A stretch of DNA of 64,000 bases from Candidatus Marinacidobacterales bacterium (GTDB taxonomy: Bacteria > Acidobacteriota > Vicinamibacteria > Marinacidobacterales > SMYC01): NCBI GenBank assembly GCA_965224085.1, contig CBDCYI010000005.1:352001-416000 (forward strand), read 5' to 3'. The notes under the pieces were generated by a model, which had not been told where the DNA came from, ran no database searches, and saw only the letters and a program-made list of their open reading frames with translations. Positions 1 through 10,004 of this stretch are shown here, one piece after another (the first letter of the stretch is position 1; each line of letters begins with the position of its first letter). A program made the translations under genes and the position numbers.

Positions 1-1434
1 CTCCACCGGGCGCCCAACCCGCGTCACGACTACGGCAACCGCGGCGAGGTTTGGGTGATGAACGCCGACGGAACCGAGCCTGTCCAGCTCACCCGCAACA
101 ACGTTCCCGAAGCACCGAATTGTTGCGGAGGAAGCGGGGCGAGGCTTTCTCCCGACAACCGACGGGTTCTCTTCTTGGCGAAGTCGAACGAGAAGTTCGA
201 GTTCCAGTACAAGGCGAGCATCTTCGTGGTGCCGGCGAGCGGCGGCGCGGCTGAACTCCTGCTCCCCGACCTCCCCTATGAGGTGAAACAAGCGAGCTGG
301 TCCATGGAGGGAGACGCGATCTATTTCGTGGCAAACATGGGGGTTCACAGCGAGCTGTTCCGGCTCGAGCTCTCAACTCAAAAGGTCCACCAGCTCACCG
401 ACGCAAAGCACAGGGTTCACAACTGGAACTACCAGGCATCGGCCGACCTCCACGTCTTTGCCATCGACCAGCCCGGGAATCCCGGAGACTTCTGGGTGCT
501 TCCGGCCCTCGGGGCAGGAACTCCTACTCGGGTAACGAAGCGCTTTGACTATCTGACACAGGACTTCGAGCTACCTCGCCAGGAGATGACCGCGTGGAAG
601 GGTGTCGACGGAGTACGCATTGAGGGGATGCTTCACTATCCGCTGAATTACGAGGCCGGAAAGCGATATCCCCTTGTCATGCAGCTCCATGGCGGCATGG
701 GCAGCTCGAACCAGTACGGTTTCGGTGGATGGCGCGATTTTATTGCGATGTTGGCGGCCCAGGGCTACGCGGTCCTGGAGCCAAACTATCGAGGCAGTGG
801 TGGTTACGGTAGCGAGTTCGAGCGCGACATCATGGGGCACTTCTTCAATAACTCACATCTCGACGTCATGGCTGGCGCCGACCATGTGATCGAGATGGGA
901 ATCGCCGACAGCGATCGAATGGTGGTGATGGGCTGGAGCAGTGGCGGGTACCTCACCAACAAAATCATCACCTTCACGGACCGTTTCAAGGCGGCTTCCT
1001 CCGGGGCGAGCGCCGTCAACTGGATCTCCTTTTACTCACAGAGCGACGTTCGTTATTTCCGCACGGCCTACTTCCTGGGAACACCCTGGCAGAAGGACAA
1101 TCCCATTGAGAACTACTGGGAGCAATCTCCCCTCAGCCAGATCGCGAACGTCACCACGCCGACGCTGGTTCTGGTAGGAGAGGAGGATGTGCGGGTGCCA
1201 GCTCCTCAGTCGGTCGAGCTGTATCGGGCGCTCAAGTCCAACGGCGTTCCGACGCGACTTTACATAGCGCCTCGAGAAGGACACGGTTGGAGAGAGCTGC
1301 GCCATCAACTGTTCAAGATGAACGCGGAGTTGGACTGGTTCGAGAAATACGCGATGGGCCGTGACTATACATGGGAAAAGGCGCCCGTCGAAACGACGGA
1401 TGACGAGAAAGGAAAGGGTTCCACCCAACCCTAG
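1..1434 (+). CDS. S9 family (prolyl oligopeptidase/acylaminoacyl peptidase-like) serine peptidase, 5' truncated by window edge
   Basis: Frame is open from base 1 (LHRAPNPRH...EVWVMNADG). Catalytic motifs GWSSGG, EEDVRVP and EGHGW are present. Clear paralog of 15418-17574. Confidence 0.92.
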   Translation, partial: LHRAPNPRHDYGNRGEVWVMNADGTEPVQLTRNNVPEAPNCCGGSGARLSPDNRRVLFLAKSNEKFEFQYKASIFVVPASGGAAELLLPDLPYEVKQASWSMEGDAIYFVANMGVHSELFRLELSTQKVHQLTDAKHRVHNWNYQASADLHVFAIDQPGNPGDFWVLPALGAGTPTRVTKRFDYLTQDFELPRQEMTAWKGVDGVRIEGMLHYPLNYEAGKRYPLVMQLHGGMGSSNQYGFGGWRDFIAMLAAQGYAVLEPNYRGSGGYGSEFERDIMGHFFNNSHLDVMAGADHVIEMGIADSDRMVVMGWSSGGYLTNKIITFTDRFKAASSGASAVNWISFYSQSDVRYFRTAYFLGTPWQKDNPIENYWEQSPLSQIANVTTPTLVLVGEEDVRVPAPQSVELYRALKSNGVPTRLYIAPREGHGWRELRHQLFKMNAELDWFEKYAMGRDYTWEKAPVETTDDEKGKGSTQP

Positions 1435-2501
1435 TGGACTGTAACAGCTGAACGTTTAGTAGTTTTGATGCGCCGTGACGGATCGTTGTAGGTCCACTTC
1501 ACGGGCTTAGGGTCTTTGTTGTACTTGCGAATGTAGCGCATGATCTTGCGGGTTAGGTCTTTGGTGGAGGTGAACACTCCTCGATGGATCAGGTCGCGCT
1601 CGATCTTGGAGAACCAGAGCTCGACTTTGTTCAGCCAGGAGGAGTAGGTGGGTGTGAAGTGCAATTGGAGTTTCGGATTGGCCTGGAGGAACTCGGTGAC
1701 CTTGGCAGTTTTGTGGGCCGAGAGATTGTCGAGGATGACGTGAATTTCACGCTTTCGCTTGTGGCTCGCAACCAGCTGCTCCAAGAAGGCGACAAACTCC
1801 TGGCTGGTATGTCGGCGGACGGTCTTGCCAAAAACTTCCCCCGTCTTCGTGTCAAAGGCGGCGTAGAGAGAAAGCGTTCCATTCCGGACGTACTCGAAAC
1901 CGTGTCTTTCGGCCCGCCCGGGAGACAACGGCAAGATCGGGTCCCGTCGATCCAGGGCTTGGATCGCCGTTTTCTCGTCAATACAAAACACCGCAGCGTG
2001 CTGAGGCGGATTCATATAGAGACCGATGACATCCGCTGCCTTCTTCTCGAAATCCGGGTCGTTGGACGCTTTGTAATATTCAATTCGGTGTGGCTGTAGA
2101 CCGTGTTTTTTCCAAGTACGAGCCACCATCATGTGATGGATTCCCAGTTTCTTCGCAAGTCGGCGCGTGCTCCAGTGAGTCGAGCCGTCGGTCGGGCTCT
2201 TTTGAGTCCACGAAAGAATCCGTGCTTCCATCCGAGGCGTGAGCACCTGAACCGGACGTCCCTCGTGACGCGAGTACAGACCTGCCAGCCGCTCCTCCAA
2301 GAATCGGCGCTTCCACTTGCTGACAAAAGGCGCCGTGCAGCCTACCCACTGCTGCACCTGCGTGTAGCTCGCACCTTCGTCCAACAAGAGCAACACGCGA
2401 GCAATCCGCGCGTCGTCAGCACGACCGCTACGGCTCGAAACTCGTTTGCCAAGTTCCCTACGTTCCGCTCGAGTCAAAACAACGCTGGTCCTCTCTTGCA
2501 T
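1431..2501 (-). CDS. IS630-family DDE transposase
   Basis: N-terminal HTH, THWSTRRLA motif, IDEK...LDNL...ELWF DDE triad. The stop codon is supplied by the target TA. Confidence 0.95.
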   Translation of the reverse strand: MQERTSVVLTRAERRELGKRVSSRSGRADDARIARVLLLLDEGASYTQVQQWVGCTAPFVSKWKRRFLEERLAGLYSRHEGRPVQVLTPRMEARILSWTQKSPTDGSTHWSTRRLAKKLGIHHMMVARTWKKHGLQPHRIEYYKASNDPDFEKKAADVIGLYMNPPQHAAVFCIDEKTAIQALDRRDPILPLSPGRAERHGFEYVRNGTLSLYAAFDTKTGEVFGKTVRRHTSQEFVAFLEQLVASHKRKREIHVILDNLSAHKTAKVTEFLQANPKLQLHFTPTYSSWLNKVELWFSKIERDLIHRGVFTSTKDLTRKIMRYIRKYNKDPKPVKWTYNDPSRRIKTTKRSAVTVH

Positions 2502-2544
2502 GAGAGAAGTATATCACTAAATGCTTATTTGTTACAGTCCACTA
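1432..2544 (-). mobile_element. IS630-family insertion sequence
   Basis: Both ends read TAGTGGACTGTAACA inward (imperfect extension beyond). TA is duplicated at 1432-1433 and 2543-2544, within CTAG. One transposase inside. Confidence 0.95.
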
Positions 2545-2611
2545 GTGCCGTTCCAATGAGTTTCCATCTTAGGCAGAAATAGTTGGAACGCAGCAGAGAA
2601 AAGGATTCGAA

Positions 2612-5104
2612 ATGAAAGCGAAGCTGGTGTGGAGCACGTTTCTTACGTCGATCTCCCTGGTGGTTCTAGCCCCCCCTCGGGCCGTCGCCCAGTCAACGCC
2701 CACGGTGATCAAAGCCAAGACGATCTACACGGTGACAAACGGCACTCTCCAAAACGGTGAGATTCTCATCGAGGCGGGGAAGATCAAACAGGTGGGGTCT
2801 CACGTCGATGCGCCGGCCGACGCTCGCCAGTACAGCGCCGAGGTCGTCATTCCCGGCATGATCGATGCCCACTCCCACATGGCCTTGGATCGATGGAGGG
2901 ATCGGCCTCCCGAACCGGTCACCGCCGAGTGGAAGGCGGTGGAGCATTTCGACCCCACCGATCCGATGATTCCCATCGCTCTCTCCGGAGGGGTGACGAG
3001 CATGATCACCCGTCCGGGCAGCAGCATCGTCAGCAGCGGTCAGGCGGTGGCGGTGAAGCTGAAGGCTGATCCTTCGAAGAACATGATCCTCAAGCCCTAC
3101 GTGGACTTGAAAATGGCCATTCGTCCCTTGATCGGGCTGCGCCCGGGCGAAATCCCGGCCACCATCATGGGTTGGTATGCCAGCGCGAGCGAGTACTTCC
3201 GGCGGGCAAAAGCGTACTTGAAGAATTGGGAGGACTACCAAGCAGGCAAGCGGGATAAACCGGAAGTGAACGAGAGGCTGGAAGCTTTCGCGGCGATTCT
3301 GCGAGGCGACGTCATGGTTCACGTACACGCTCATCATCCAGGCGAGGTGATGATGGCCATGCACCTGGCTCGGGAGTACGGTTTCATCGACCAAATGGCC
3401 CTCAGCCATGTCCAGGACGTCTTCCCCATTGCAGACATCCTCGCCAAGACCAAGATCATTCCCGTCATCGGTCCCGAGTTCATCGTGCAATTCTATGGAG
3501 ATACTCGCTCTCATAATGTGGTGAAGGAGCTCATGGAGGCCGGTGTGGCGGCGAGCATTCAGACGGACACGAGCGCGGAGCAGGCCAAGTGCTTTCGCGA
3601 GTACGGTGCTTTCCACATCCGTCACGGCCTGAAGGAGCAGCATGCCCTCGAGGCGCTCACCATCAACGGGGCCAAGGCGATGATGCTCGATGAGCGCATC
3701 GGAAGCATCGAAATCGGCAAGGACGCCGACCTGGTTCTCATGAACGGTCCACCCTTCGACCTCCATGCCGAGAGGATCGAAAGGGTTTTCGTGGACGGCG
3801 TCCTGGAGTTCGAGCGCACGGAATGGAGGCAAACGGCGGCCCCCACCAAGGTGGGACCGTTCCGGCCGGTCAAGGGCCGATTGCAGCCCCACCAGAAGAC
3901 CTTCGCCCTGACCAACGCCCACATCTTTACCGTGAGTCAGGGAAACATTCCCAACGGAAGAATTCTCGTCGAGGATGGCAAGATCACCGACGTGGGCGCC
4001 GGCGGCAGCGCGCCTCGGGGCGTCCCGTCATTGGACCTCGGCGGACGGATCGTTCTGCCAGGCTTTGTCAGTCCCCGTGCCTTTCCCAACGATTGGATGG
4101 GAGATCTGAAGTGGCAGATTCAAAACGATGAGAACATCGAGCCCATCGTGCCCGAGATGGATGCGCGCTTCGCCTTCGACCCGTGGTTTCCCTCGTTCCA
4201 AGTTATCCGCCAGATCGGTATCACCGCTCAGAACGTGACGCCGGGACACCTCAACCTCATCGGCGGTCGCGGAGTCGTGATCAAGACTCGGGGAATGGAC
4301 GCCGAGATAATGGTGAGAAAGTCCCCGAGCTCGATGGTCTTTTCTCTCGATCCAAGCTCCATTCGCTACTGGGGAAGGGACTCCCAGATCCCCCTCACGG
4401 TGGAGAGGGCCGTTCTGGCGATCCGGACCACCTTGGACGGAGCGAAGGCGTATCTCGAGCAAGGTGACGCCTTTGAGTACAACCAGCGATCCGAGGCGCT
4501 TCGCCCATTGCTTCTGGGAAAAATCCCCGCCATCGTGCGGGCCAGCACCGTGGAAGAGATCCGGGCGGCGATGAAGCTGGCCGAGGACTACCGGATGCGC
4601 CTTCTCATCGCCGGAGCGGTGCAAGCCTACAAGCTAGCAGCCGAGCTGGCGAGAGCGAACGTGGGTGTCATTCTAGGGAGCTCGGGCACCTCATTCAACA
4701 TTCGCGGCGGCGGTGAGGGCTATACCGATGAGAGTCCTGCCCTTTTGAGCCGAGCCGGAGTGAAGGTGTCTTTTTTTGGAGCCAGCGGTAGCCGACGGTG
4801 GATGCCCACCGGCGCGCTGGGGGGCGAGCCCGCATTGAATGCAGCCTGGGCCTTCCGCAACGGGACGCCGGAGCGGGAGGCTCTCCGTATGGTGACCCTG
4901 AACGCCGCGGAGATGCTCGGTATGGGGGACCGCATCGGCAGCATCGACGTTGGCAAAGACGCGGACTTCATGGTGCTGGAAGGACACCCCTTCGATTATC
5001 GCGTGCTCCCCCAGATGGTCTTCATCGACGGGGAGCTCGTGTTCAGTACTCGTCCAGAAGATGGCTTCCTCGAGCGGACTAGCTCCGGAGGGCCCGAGCT
5101 GTGA
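2612..5104 (+). CDS. Exported amidohydrolase with two tandem amidohydrolase domains
   Basis: Signal peptide ending AVA-Q, PGMIDAHSH metal motif, two copies of RIGSI(E/D)xGKDAD. Confidence 0.85.
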   Translation: MKAKLVWSTFLTSISLVVLAPPRAVAQSTPTVIKAKTIYTVTNGTLQNGEILIEAGKIKQVGSHVDAPADARQYSAEVVIPGMIDAHSHMALDRWRDRPPEPVTAEWKAVEHFDPTDPMIPIALSGGVTSMITRPGSSIVSSGQAVAVKLKADPSKNMILKPYVDLKMAIRPLIGLRPGEIPATIMGWYASASEYFRRAKAYLKNWEDYQAGKRDKPEVNERLEAFAAILRGDVMVHVHAHHPGEVMMAMHLAREYGFIDQMALSHVQDVFPIADILAKTKIIPVIGPEFIVQFYGDTRSHNVVKELMEAGVAASIQTDTSAEQAKCFREYGAFHIRHGLKEQHALEALTINGAKAMMLDERIGSIEIGKDADLVLMNGPPFDLHAERIERVFVDGVLEFERTEWRQTAAPTKVGPFRPVKGRLQPHQKTFALTNAHIFTVSQGNIPNGRILVEDGKITDVGAGGSAPRGVPSLDLGGRIVLPGFVSPRAFPNDWMGDLKWQIQNDENIEPIVPEMDARFAFDPWFPSFQVIRQIGITAQNVTPGHLNLIGGRGVVIKTRGMDAEIMVRKSPSSMVFSLDPSSIRYWGRDSQIPLTVERAVLAIRTTLDGAKAYLEQGDAFEYNQRSEALRPLLLGKIPAIVRASTVEEIRAAMKLAEDYRMRLLIAGAVQAYKLAAELARANVGVILGSSGTSFNIRGGGEGYTDESPALLSRAGVKVSFFGASGSRRWMPTGALGGEPALNAAWAFRNGTPEREALRMVTLNAAEMLGMGDRIGSIDVGKDADFMVLEGHPFDYRVLPQMVFIDGELVFSTRPEDGFLERTSSGGPEL

Positions 5105-6322
5105 CAGCCGAGACGCCGGATTCCTCAGTCGTCATTCAGGCCGATCGTTTGATCGATGGTGTCAGCCCCGAGCCTATCTCGCGGGCGGTTATCCGCATTG
5201 AAGGCGAGCGCATCGTCGACGTGGGTCCCGATCTTCCCATCCCTTCCGGTGCCCGCGTCATCGATCTGAGCGGCCATACGTTGCTCCCCGGTCTCATCGA
5301 TGCGCATACCCATGTCTGCTACGCGCCTCTAGACGGCAAGAATCCGGTATTGGAAAAGTCGGTCGCCTTCCGAGCACTGGAGGGAGCTGCGGCGGCACGG
5401 GCCAGCTTGAACGCCGGTTTTACGACTCTGCGCGACACGGACTCCGAGGGCGCCCAATTTGCCGACGTCGCGATTCGAGACGCCATTCGGCTCGGACTCA
5501 TTCCCGGGCCTCGGCTGTTCGTCTCCACCAGGGCTCTGACCATCACCGGCGGTCACTTGAACCACACCGGTCTGGCTCCGGAGATCGATGAGCGCGTTCC
5601 CCAGTTGGGTACGGTGGCGGACACCGTCGATGAAATGATCAAGGAAGTACGGCGCGGACTGGATCAAGGTTTACGCCACCGGCACCACTCGACATATCGA
5701 TCGCAAGAGCTTGGAAGCCCTCCCACAGTTCAACGAGGAGCAGATCCGGGCGGTGGTCACCGAAGCTCGCCGATGGCGCAAGGATGTGGCCGCCCATGCT
5801 TACGGGGGTGAGGGCGCCCGGGCCGCCGTACTGGGAGGGGCCCGCTCCATCGAGCACGGAATGCTCCTCGATGAAAGCATCCTGAACCTCATGGTGGAGC
5901 ATGGCACCTACTTGTGTCCCACTCTTTCGAACTTTACTCCCACCCAGGCTCTCGTGGGATACCCCGAGTCTTTCATCCAAGCCATCATGGCCCGTCACAC
6001 GGAAGCCTTTGAGATAGCGTTGAGACTCGGGGTCAGGATCGCCTTCGGTACCGACGCCGGCAGGGTGCGTCACGGAACCAACGCGGGGGAGTTCGCGCTG
6101 ATGGTGGAGCGCGGTATGGACCCCATGCGAGCCATACAAACCGCCACCTCGGTGGCCGCGGAGCTGCTCCGCATGGAAGACGAGATAGGCGCGGTAAAGA
6201 CGGGGCTTCAGGCCGATTTGGTGGCCGTTGCCGGAGATCCTCTCGAGGATGTGAGCTTGCTACAGGACGTGCCGTTTGTCATGAAGGGCGGCCAGGTTTT
6301 CAAGAGCCCGGAGGGGGAGTGA
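5101..6322 (+). pseudogene. Metal-dependent amidohydrolase (Xaa-Pro dipeptidase-like), frameshifted near 5650
   Basis: PGLIDAHTH in the first frame. GADWIKVYATG, AAHAYG, SIEHG and FGTDAG continue in the +1 frame. Confidence 0.85.
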
Positions 6323-6329
6323 TAGCGGA

Positions 6330-6362
6330 TGGCGCCGTCATGCTTGCCGCACGACGGCGCCA
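6330..6362. terminator. GC-rich hairpin between convergent genes
   Basis: TGGCGCCGTC...GACGGCGCCA stem with additional inner pairing. No long U tract. Confidence 0.5.
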
Positions 6363-6390
6363 GCGCTCCTCCCGCTAGATCTCTCTACAC

Positions 6391-9336
6391 TTAGAACCGA
6401 TAGTTGAACTGCAGTTGCAGCCCGCGAGGTTCCTGTCGGTTCAGGTGTGTCCGGTAGTTCGGATCAAAATTCTTGGTGCCTCCGCGGTAGTTCCACTGCC
6501 AGAAGACATCCGTGTTGAATACGTTGAAGATGCTGGCCGCAATCTCAACCTCTTGGGTGTCGGCGAATCGAAACTTCTTGCCGACCGTCATGCTGACAAC
6601 TCTGATCGTCTCTGCTTGAATCTGAACACCGCGGGTCTCATTGATGATGCGAAGCGTCGTCGACAGCGGGTTGGTCTGGGTGCCGCCTTCCACCGGCACC
6701 CTGGCCGGGCCAAATCGGGTCACGTCCGGGTCATTCCTGTCGAGTCTTTCTATTTCGTACCCCAGCCAGGGACCAGCCTGATTGCGCAGGTTGCCGGACA
6801 CTTGGATCCCACCGGGGGCAAGCCACAACCCGGAGAGTCGTATGGCGTACTTTCTCCACGAGGGGCCATAGCTCGAGGCAAAATTCGAATAACTGTTGTT
6901 GTCGTAGAACCCTCGCGGCTGCGTGATCTGTTTGTTGCTCGGGAATTTCTCGGGCTCGATAAACCCGGCCGGGTCCGTGGGGTTCCAGTCGCCGTCCTTG
7001 TTGTAATGCTGCCATTGACGGTGGATGCCCACGAGGAACTGAAAGTTGTTGGACAAGTTCTTGGTGACCGTGATCTCGAGCGCATTGTATTCCAGCTTGT
7101 TCCAGTCAACGTTGACTAACTGATTCAGAATGCCGCGGGTCGGATCGACCCTTCCAAAGCCGATAAACGGTTGGCCCGGTCCGTCCGGGTAGATGCCATT
7201 GACATCTACGCGGGCGTATCGGTCGTTGACGACGCGGCGGACACCGGCAATATCGAGGGCAATCTCTCCGGGGAACTGCTTGCGGAATCCCACGATATAC
7301 TCGTCGGTAAATGGCTGGTGCAGATCCGAAGCAAACTCGAATCCTGCCAAGCTCGCGTCGAGGATTGGCGTGAGCCTCTCGGTCTCGAAGACACCGTCCA
7401 AGTTATTGTCGTAAATGTCTCGCTGACTCACCCTGCCGCCGCCGGCGCGGGTGCTGCTGGGACCGTCGCGGCCGTTGACCGCCTCGTGGACGCGCCCAAA
7501 GCTGGCTCGCAGAACGTTGCGTGCATCCTCGGTCACCAGGAAGGAGAAGCCCACCCGCGGACCGATAGCGGTGGCATTCATCCGCGTGACGTCAAAGAGG
7601 GAATCGTGTCGCCGGACGAAATCCGCCCGCACGCCGACGCTGATGTTGAGCCGTGCGATGGGCCTCCAGTTGTCTTGCACGTAAACGCCGTAATCGCGGT
7701 CCCGCATCGCAAGCTCGTCTCTCACGATGGGATCTACGAATCTCTGGTGGAAAGCTTGAGTTTCTGCGAATTGATCCTGAAGCTGAGTGCCCGGAAAGCC
7801 CGGAGTCGTCACGACCCGCTCTTCGTAAACGAAGCCATCATTCACATAGTTGACGGTACGGTTATAGTGGAGACGGGGAGCCAAGAAGACCCCGGTCTTG
7901 AACTCGTGAGAGCCGCCCCAGTCCTCTACGTAGCGCGTCACGTCCCCGCGGAAGATGAGCATGGACGATGGCCGGAAGGTGAGTGCCTCTACGTTGCCCC
8001 CATCCCCGACGTTACCGGTTCCTCGGATGATTCCGCCCTGGAGGAAGGTATCGGCGTGAAACCTCAACGCGAGCCCGCTTCCCGGCAAGGCGTCCAGCGT
8101 GGATTGGTCAGCCCCGCCCTTGTTATTGTACGAGACGTTGATCTGCGAGGTCGTTTCGGCGCCCCATACCGATGTCAGCTTTACGCCGAACAAGCTCCCG
8201 CCAACCGAAGATAGACGGATTCGTTCGTAAGAGTCCGCTCGGTTGTTATCCAGGTTGGTCCGGTCGTACTGGTAGTATCCGTTGAGCTGGTGGTTCGGAT
8301 TGAGGTGAGCAGTGATTTTAAAGAAGGGCTGGTGGTTTTTTTGGGCGTTCGTGTACTGTTCCCAACCGGGAACGAGAGCTTCATAGTTCGTCACTTGCGT
8401 GCCGTTGAAGCCGATCTCACCATCCAGGTTCGCACGGCGATAGGCGCCGAAGAACCAGACCTTGTCCTCTTTAATCGGACCTCCGAACGACGCGTCGAAC
8501 TGATAGATCCTGGTTTTCTTCGGAAGGGCGGGATCGTCCTCCGGTACGTTATTGCCGAAGAATGCATCGGGTTGGAGGGTAAAGCCGGCACTGCCGCTGA
8601 ATTGGTTGCCTCCGCTCTTCGTGACGATGTTGATATGGGCGCCGGTGCCCATGGGATGCTCCGCTTGAATCCCAACCAGCTTTACATTGACGTCTTCAAT
8701 TAAGTCCGTGCTCATGGTGATATAGCTGAGCTGGGCATCCGTATAGGCGTTGACGATGTTGCCTTCGATCGCGGGCACGTGCGCGAAAAGATCGGTGGCG
8801 TGGCCGAAATAGAGCAAGCGGCCGGTATTGTCGTCGAACGGCCGCTGGAGCATGCCCGTCGTCATTTCCAAAAAGTCGCTCCAGTTTCTGCGGGCCTGCA
8901 CGGGTATGGACTTCTGGAATTCCCCATCGATGTTGACGGCCAGGGTGGGCGATGTAATTTCAAGCATTGGGCTCTCGCCCGTCACCGTGATGGTCTCCTC
9001 GACCCCGCTCAGCGAGAGCTGGAAATCGACGGCAAAGGAGGCACCCGCGCGCAGGAGGATTTCCTCTTGCTTCAACGATGCAAAGCCCTGAAGCTCGGCC
9101 GTCAGTGCGTACGTGCCCGGCGGCAGATTGACGATTCGATAGTGCCCGGTGCTGTCGGTGACGGCGGTACGCACACCCATGACGGCGGGGCTAGTCGCCG
9201 CCACGCTCACGCCCGGGACGACGCCCCCGGACTCGTCTCGGACGTAGCCGCTAAGGCTACTATCACCACTTTGTGCAAAGGCTCCCGTCGCGACGCAACA
9301 AGCCGCTAACAGGAGTATCCCGATTGATCTGAGCAT
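6391..9336 (-). CDS. TonB-dependent receptor with N-terminal carboxypeptidase-regulatory-like domain
   Basis: Start MLRSIGILL follows an AAAGGGG RBS. Signal peptide, GYVRDESGGVVPGVSV domain, NIVTKSGGNQFSGS plug motif, C-terminal YRF. Confidence 0.92.
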   Translation of the reverse strand: MLRSIGILLLAACCVATGAFAQSGDSSLSGYVRDESGGVVPGVSVAATSPAVMGVRTAVTDSTGHYRIVNLPPGTYALTAELQGFASLKQEEILLRAGASFAVDFQLSLSGVEETITVTGESPMLEITSPTLAVNIDGEFQKSIPVQARRNWSDFLEMTTGMLQRPFDDNTGRLLYFGHATDLFAHVPAIEGNIVNAYTDAQLSYITMSTDLIEDVNVKLVGIQAEHPMGTGAHINIVTKSGGNQFSGSAGFTLQPDAFFGNNVPEDDPALPKKTRIYQFDASFGGPIKEDKVWFFGAYRRANLDGEIGFNGTQVTNYEALVPGWEQYTNAQKNHQPFFKITAHLNPNHQLNGYYQYDRTNLDNNRADSYERIRLSSVGGSLFGVKLTSVWGAETTSQINVSYNNKGGADQSTLDALPGSGLALRFHADTFLQGGIIRGTGNVGDGGNVEALTFRPSSMLIFRGDVTRYVEDWGGSHEFKTGVFLAPRLHYNRTVNYVNDGFVYEERVVTTPGFPGTQLQDQFAETQAFHQRFVDPIVRDELAMRDRDYGVYVQDNWRPIARLNISVGVRADFVRRHDSLFDVTRMNATAIGPRVGFSFLVTEDARNVLRASFGRVHEAVNGRDGPSSTRAGGGRVSQRDIYDNNLDGVFETERLTPILDASLAGFEFASDLHQPFTDEYIVGFRKQFPGEIALDIAGVRRVVNDRYARVDVNGIYPDGPGQPFIGFGRVDPTRGILNQLVNVDWNKLEYNALEITVTKNLSNNFQFLVGIHRQWQHYNKDGDWNPTDPAGFIEPEKFPSNKQITQPRGFYDNNSYSNFASSYGPSWRKYAIRLSGLWLAPGGIQVSGNLRNQAGPWLGYEIERLDRNDPDVTRFGPARVPVEGGTQTNPLSTTLRIINETRGVQIQAETIRVVSMTVGKKFRFADTQEVEIAASIFNVFNTDVFWQWNYRGGTKNFDPNYRTHLNRQEPRGLQLQFNYRF

Positions 9337-9434
9337 TAGTACCCCTTTCTTCACTACTATTAGAGAATCGAGTATAGGAACCGATGCATATGTAGGTTTG
9401 CTGAGTGCGAACATTCCCATTACCTTGATTTGCA

Positions 9435-9451
9435 AGCAACTCGCGTGCCGA
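9435..9451 (-). promoter_or_regulatory. sigma54 (-24/-12) promoter for the TonB receptor
   Basis: TCGGCACGCGAGTTGCT against consensus YTGGCACGNNNNTTGCW, about 100 nt upstream of the ATG. Confidence 0.65.
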
Positions 9452-9572
9452 GTCGTGCCAAAGCGAGTGTTTCGTGTAAACCCTTTTTTTGAAGCCAGTT
9501 GAGAGATCCCCACTAGCCTGAGTGTGGGCCCGACTACACCTTGATATCCCATTGTTTGGATCAAATCTACGA

Positions 9573-9600
9573 ACTATTGGATTGCCACTATTGGATTGCC
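9573..9600. repeat. 14-bp tandem direct repeat (ACTATTGGATTGCC x2), candidate regulator site
   Basis: Two perfect adjacent copies in an AT-richer intergenic region. Confidence 0.7.
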
Positions 9601-9749
9601 ATTTAGGAATCTTCGCGCTCCATCCAATTCGACATCGGACGTCCGAGATACTGACCGGGCCGCGGGGCGTGGGTGCACGCATCGCTCTTGACTCCGGCGA
9701 CCGATTAGGCCCAGCTTCCTGATCGACATCGAAGATCGAGGCCGCGCAC

Positions 9750-9812
9750 AAGCCCAGCCGAGTGAACCGCAAGTACAAGACGAAGGATCGCGTGACTAAC
9801 TGGCGGGAGTAG
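9750..9812 (+). pseudogene. Relic of an IS5-family (IS903-group) transposase N-terminus
   Basis: Translates KPSRVNRKYKTKDRVTNWRE*, resembling the KYKTKYRVxNWxEY start of these transposases. Confidence 0.55.
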
Positions 9813-10004
9813 CCTAAATGCTCATGACGCCAGAGTCGCAACGGACCTCTTCCTCGCAAACCCTCGCGGCAGGCAAGCTCCGTACCAAGTCATTCAGCTC
9901 CGTCTCGATTTCGCCATATCTCCGTACAAGCTCCACCCGCGTCTACGGTAATGATTTGTCGGCACGCGAGTCCAATTGATTTTACTTTTGGGCCTATAAG
10001 CTAG

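Noticed and set aside
5641-5720. Programmed ribosomal frameshift in the amidohydrolase
   Set aside because: No slippery heptamer, and conserved residues appear to be missing, which fits a deletion.
9337-9564. 76-aa N-terminal extension of the TonB receptor, or a cobalamin riboswitch in its leader
   Set aside because: The RBS and signal peptide fit the ATG at 9336. Only a GGGAA fragment resembles the riboswitch, with no B12 box.
9541-9564. FNR box (TTGAT...ATCAA)
   Set aside because: The spacer is 14 nt instead of 4.
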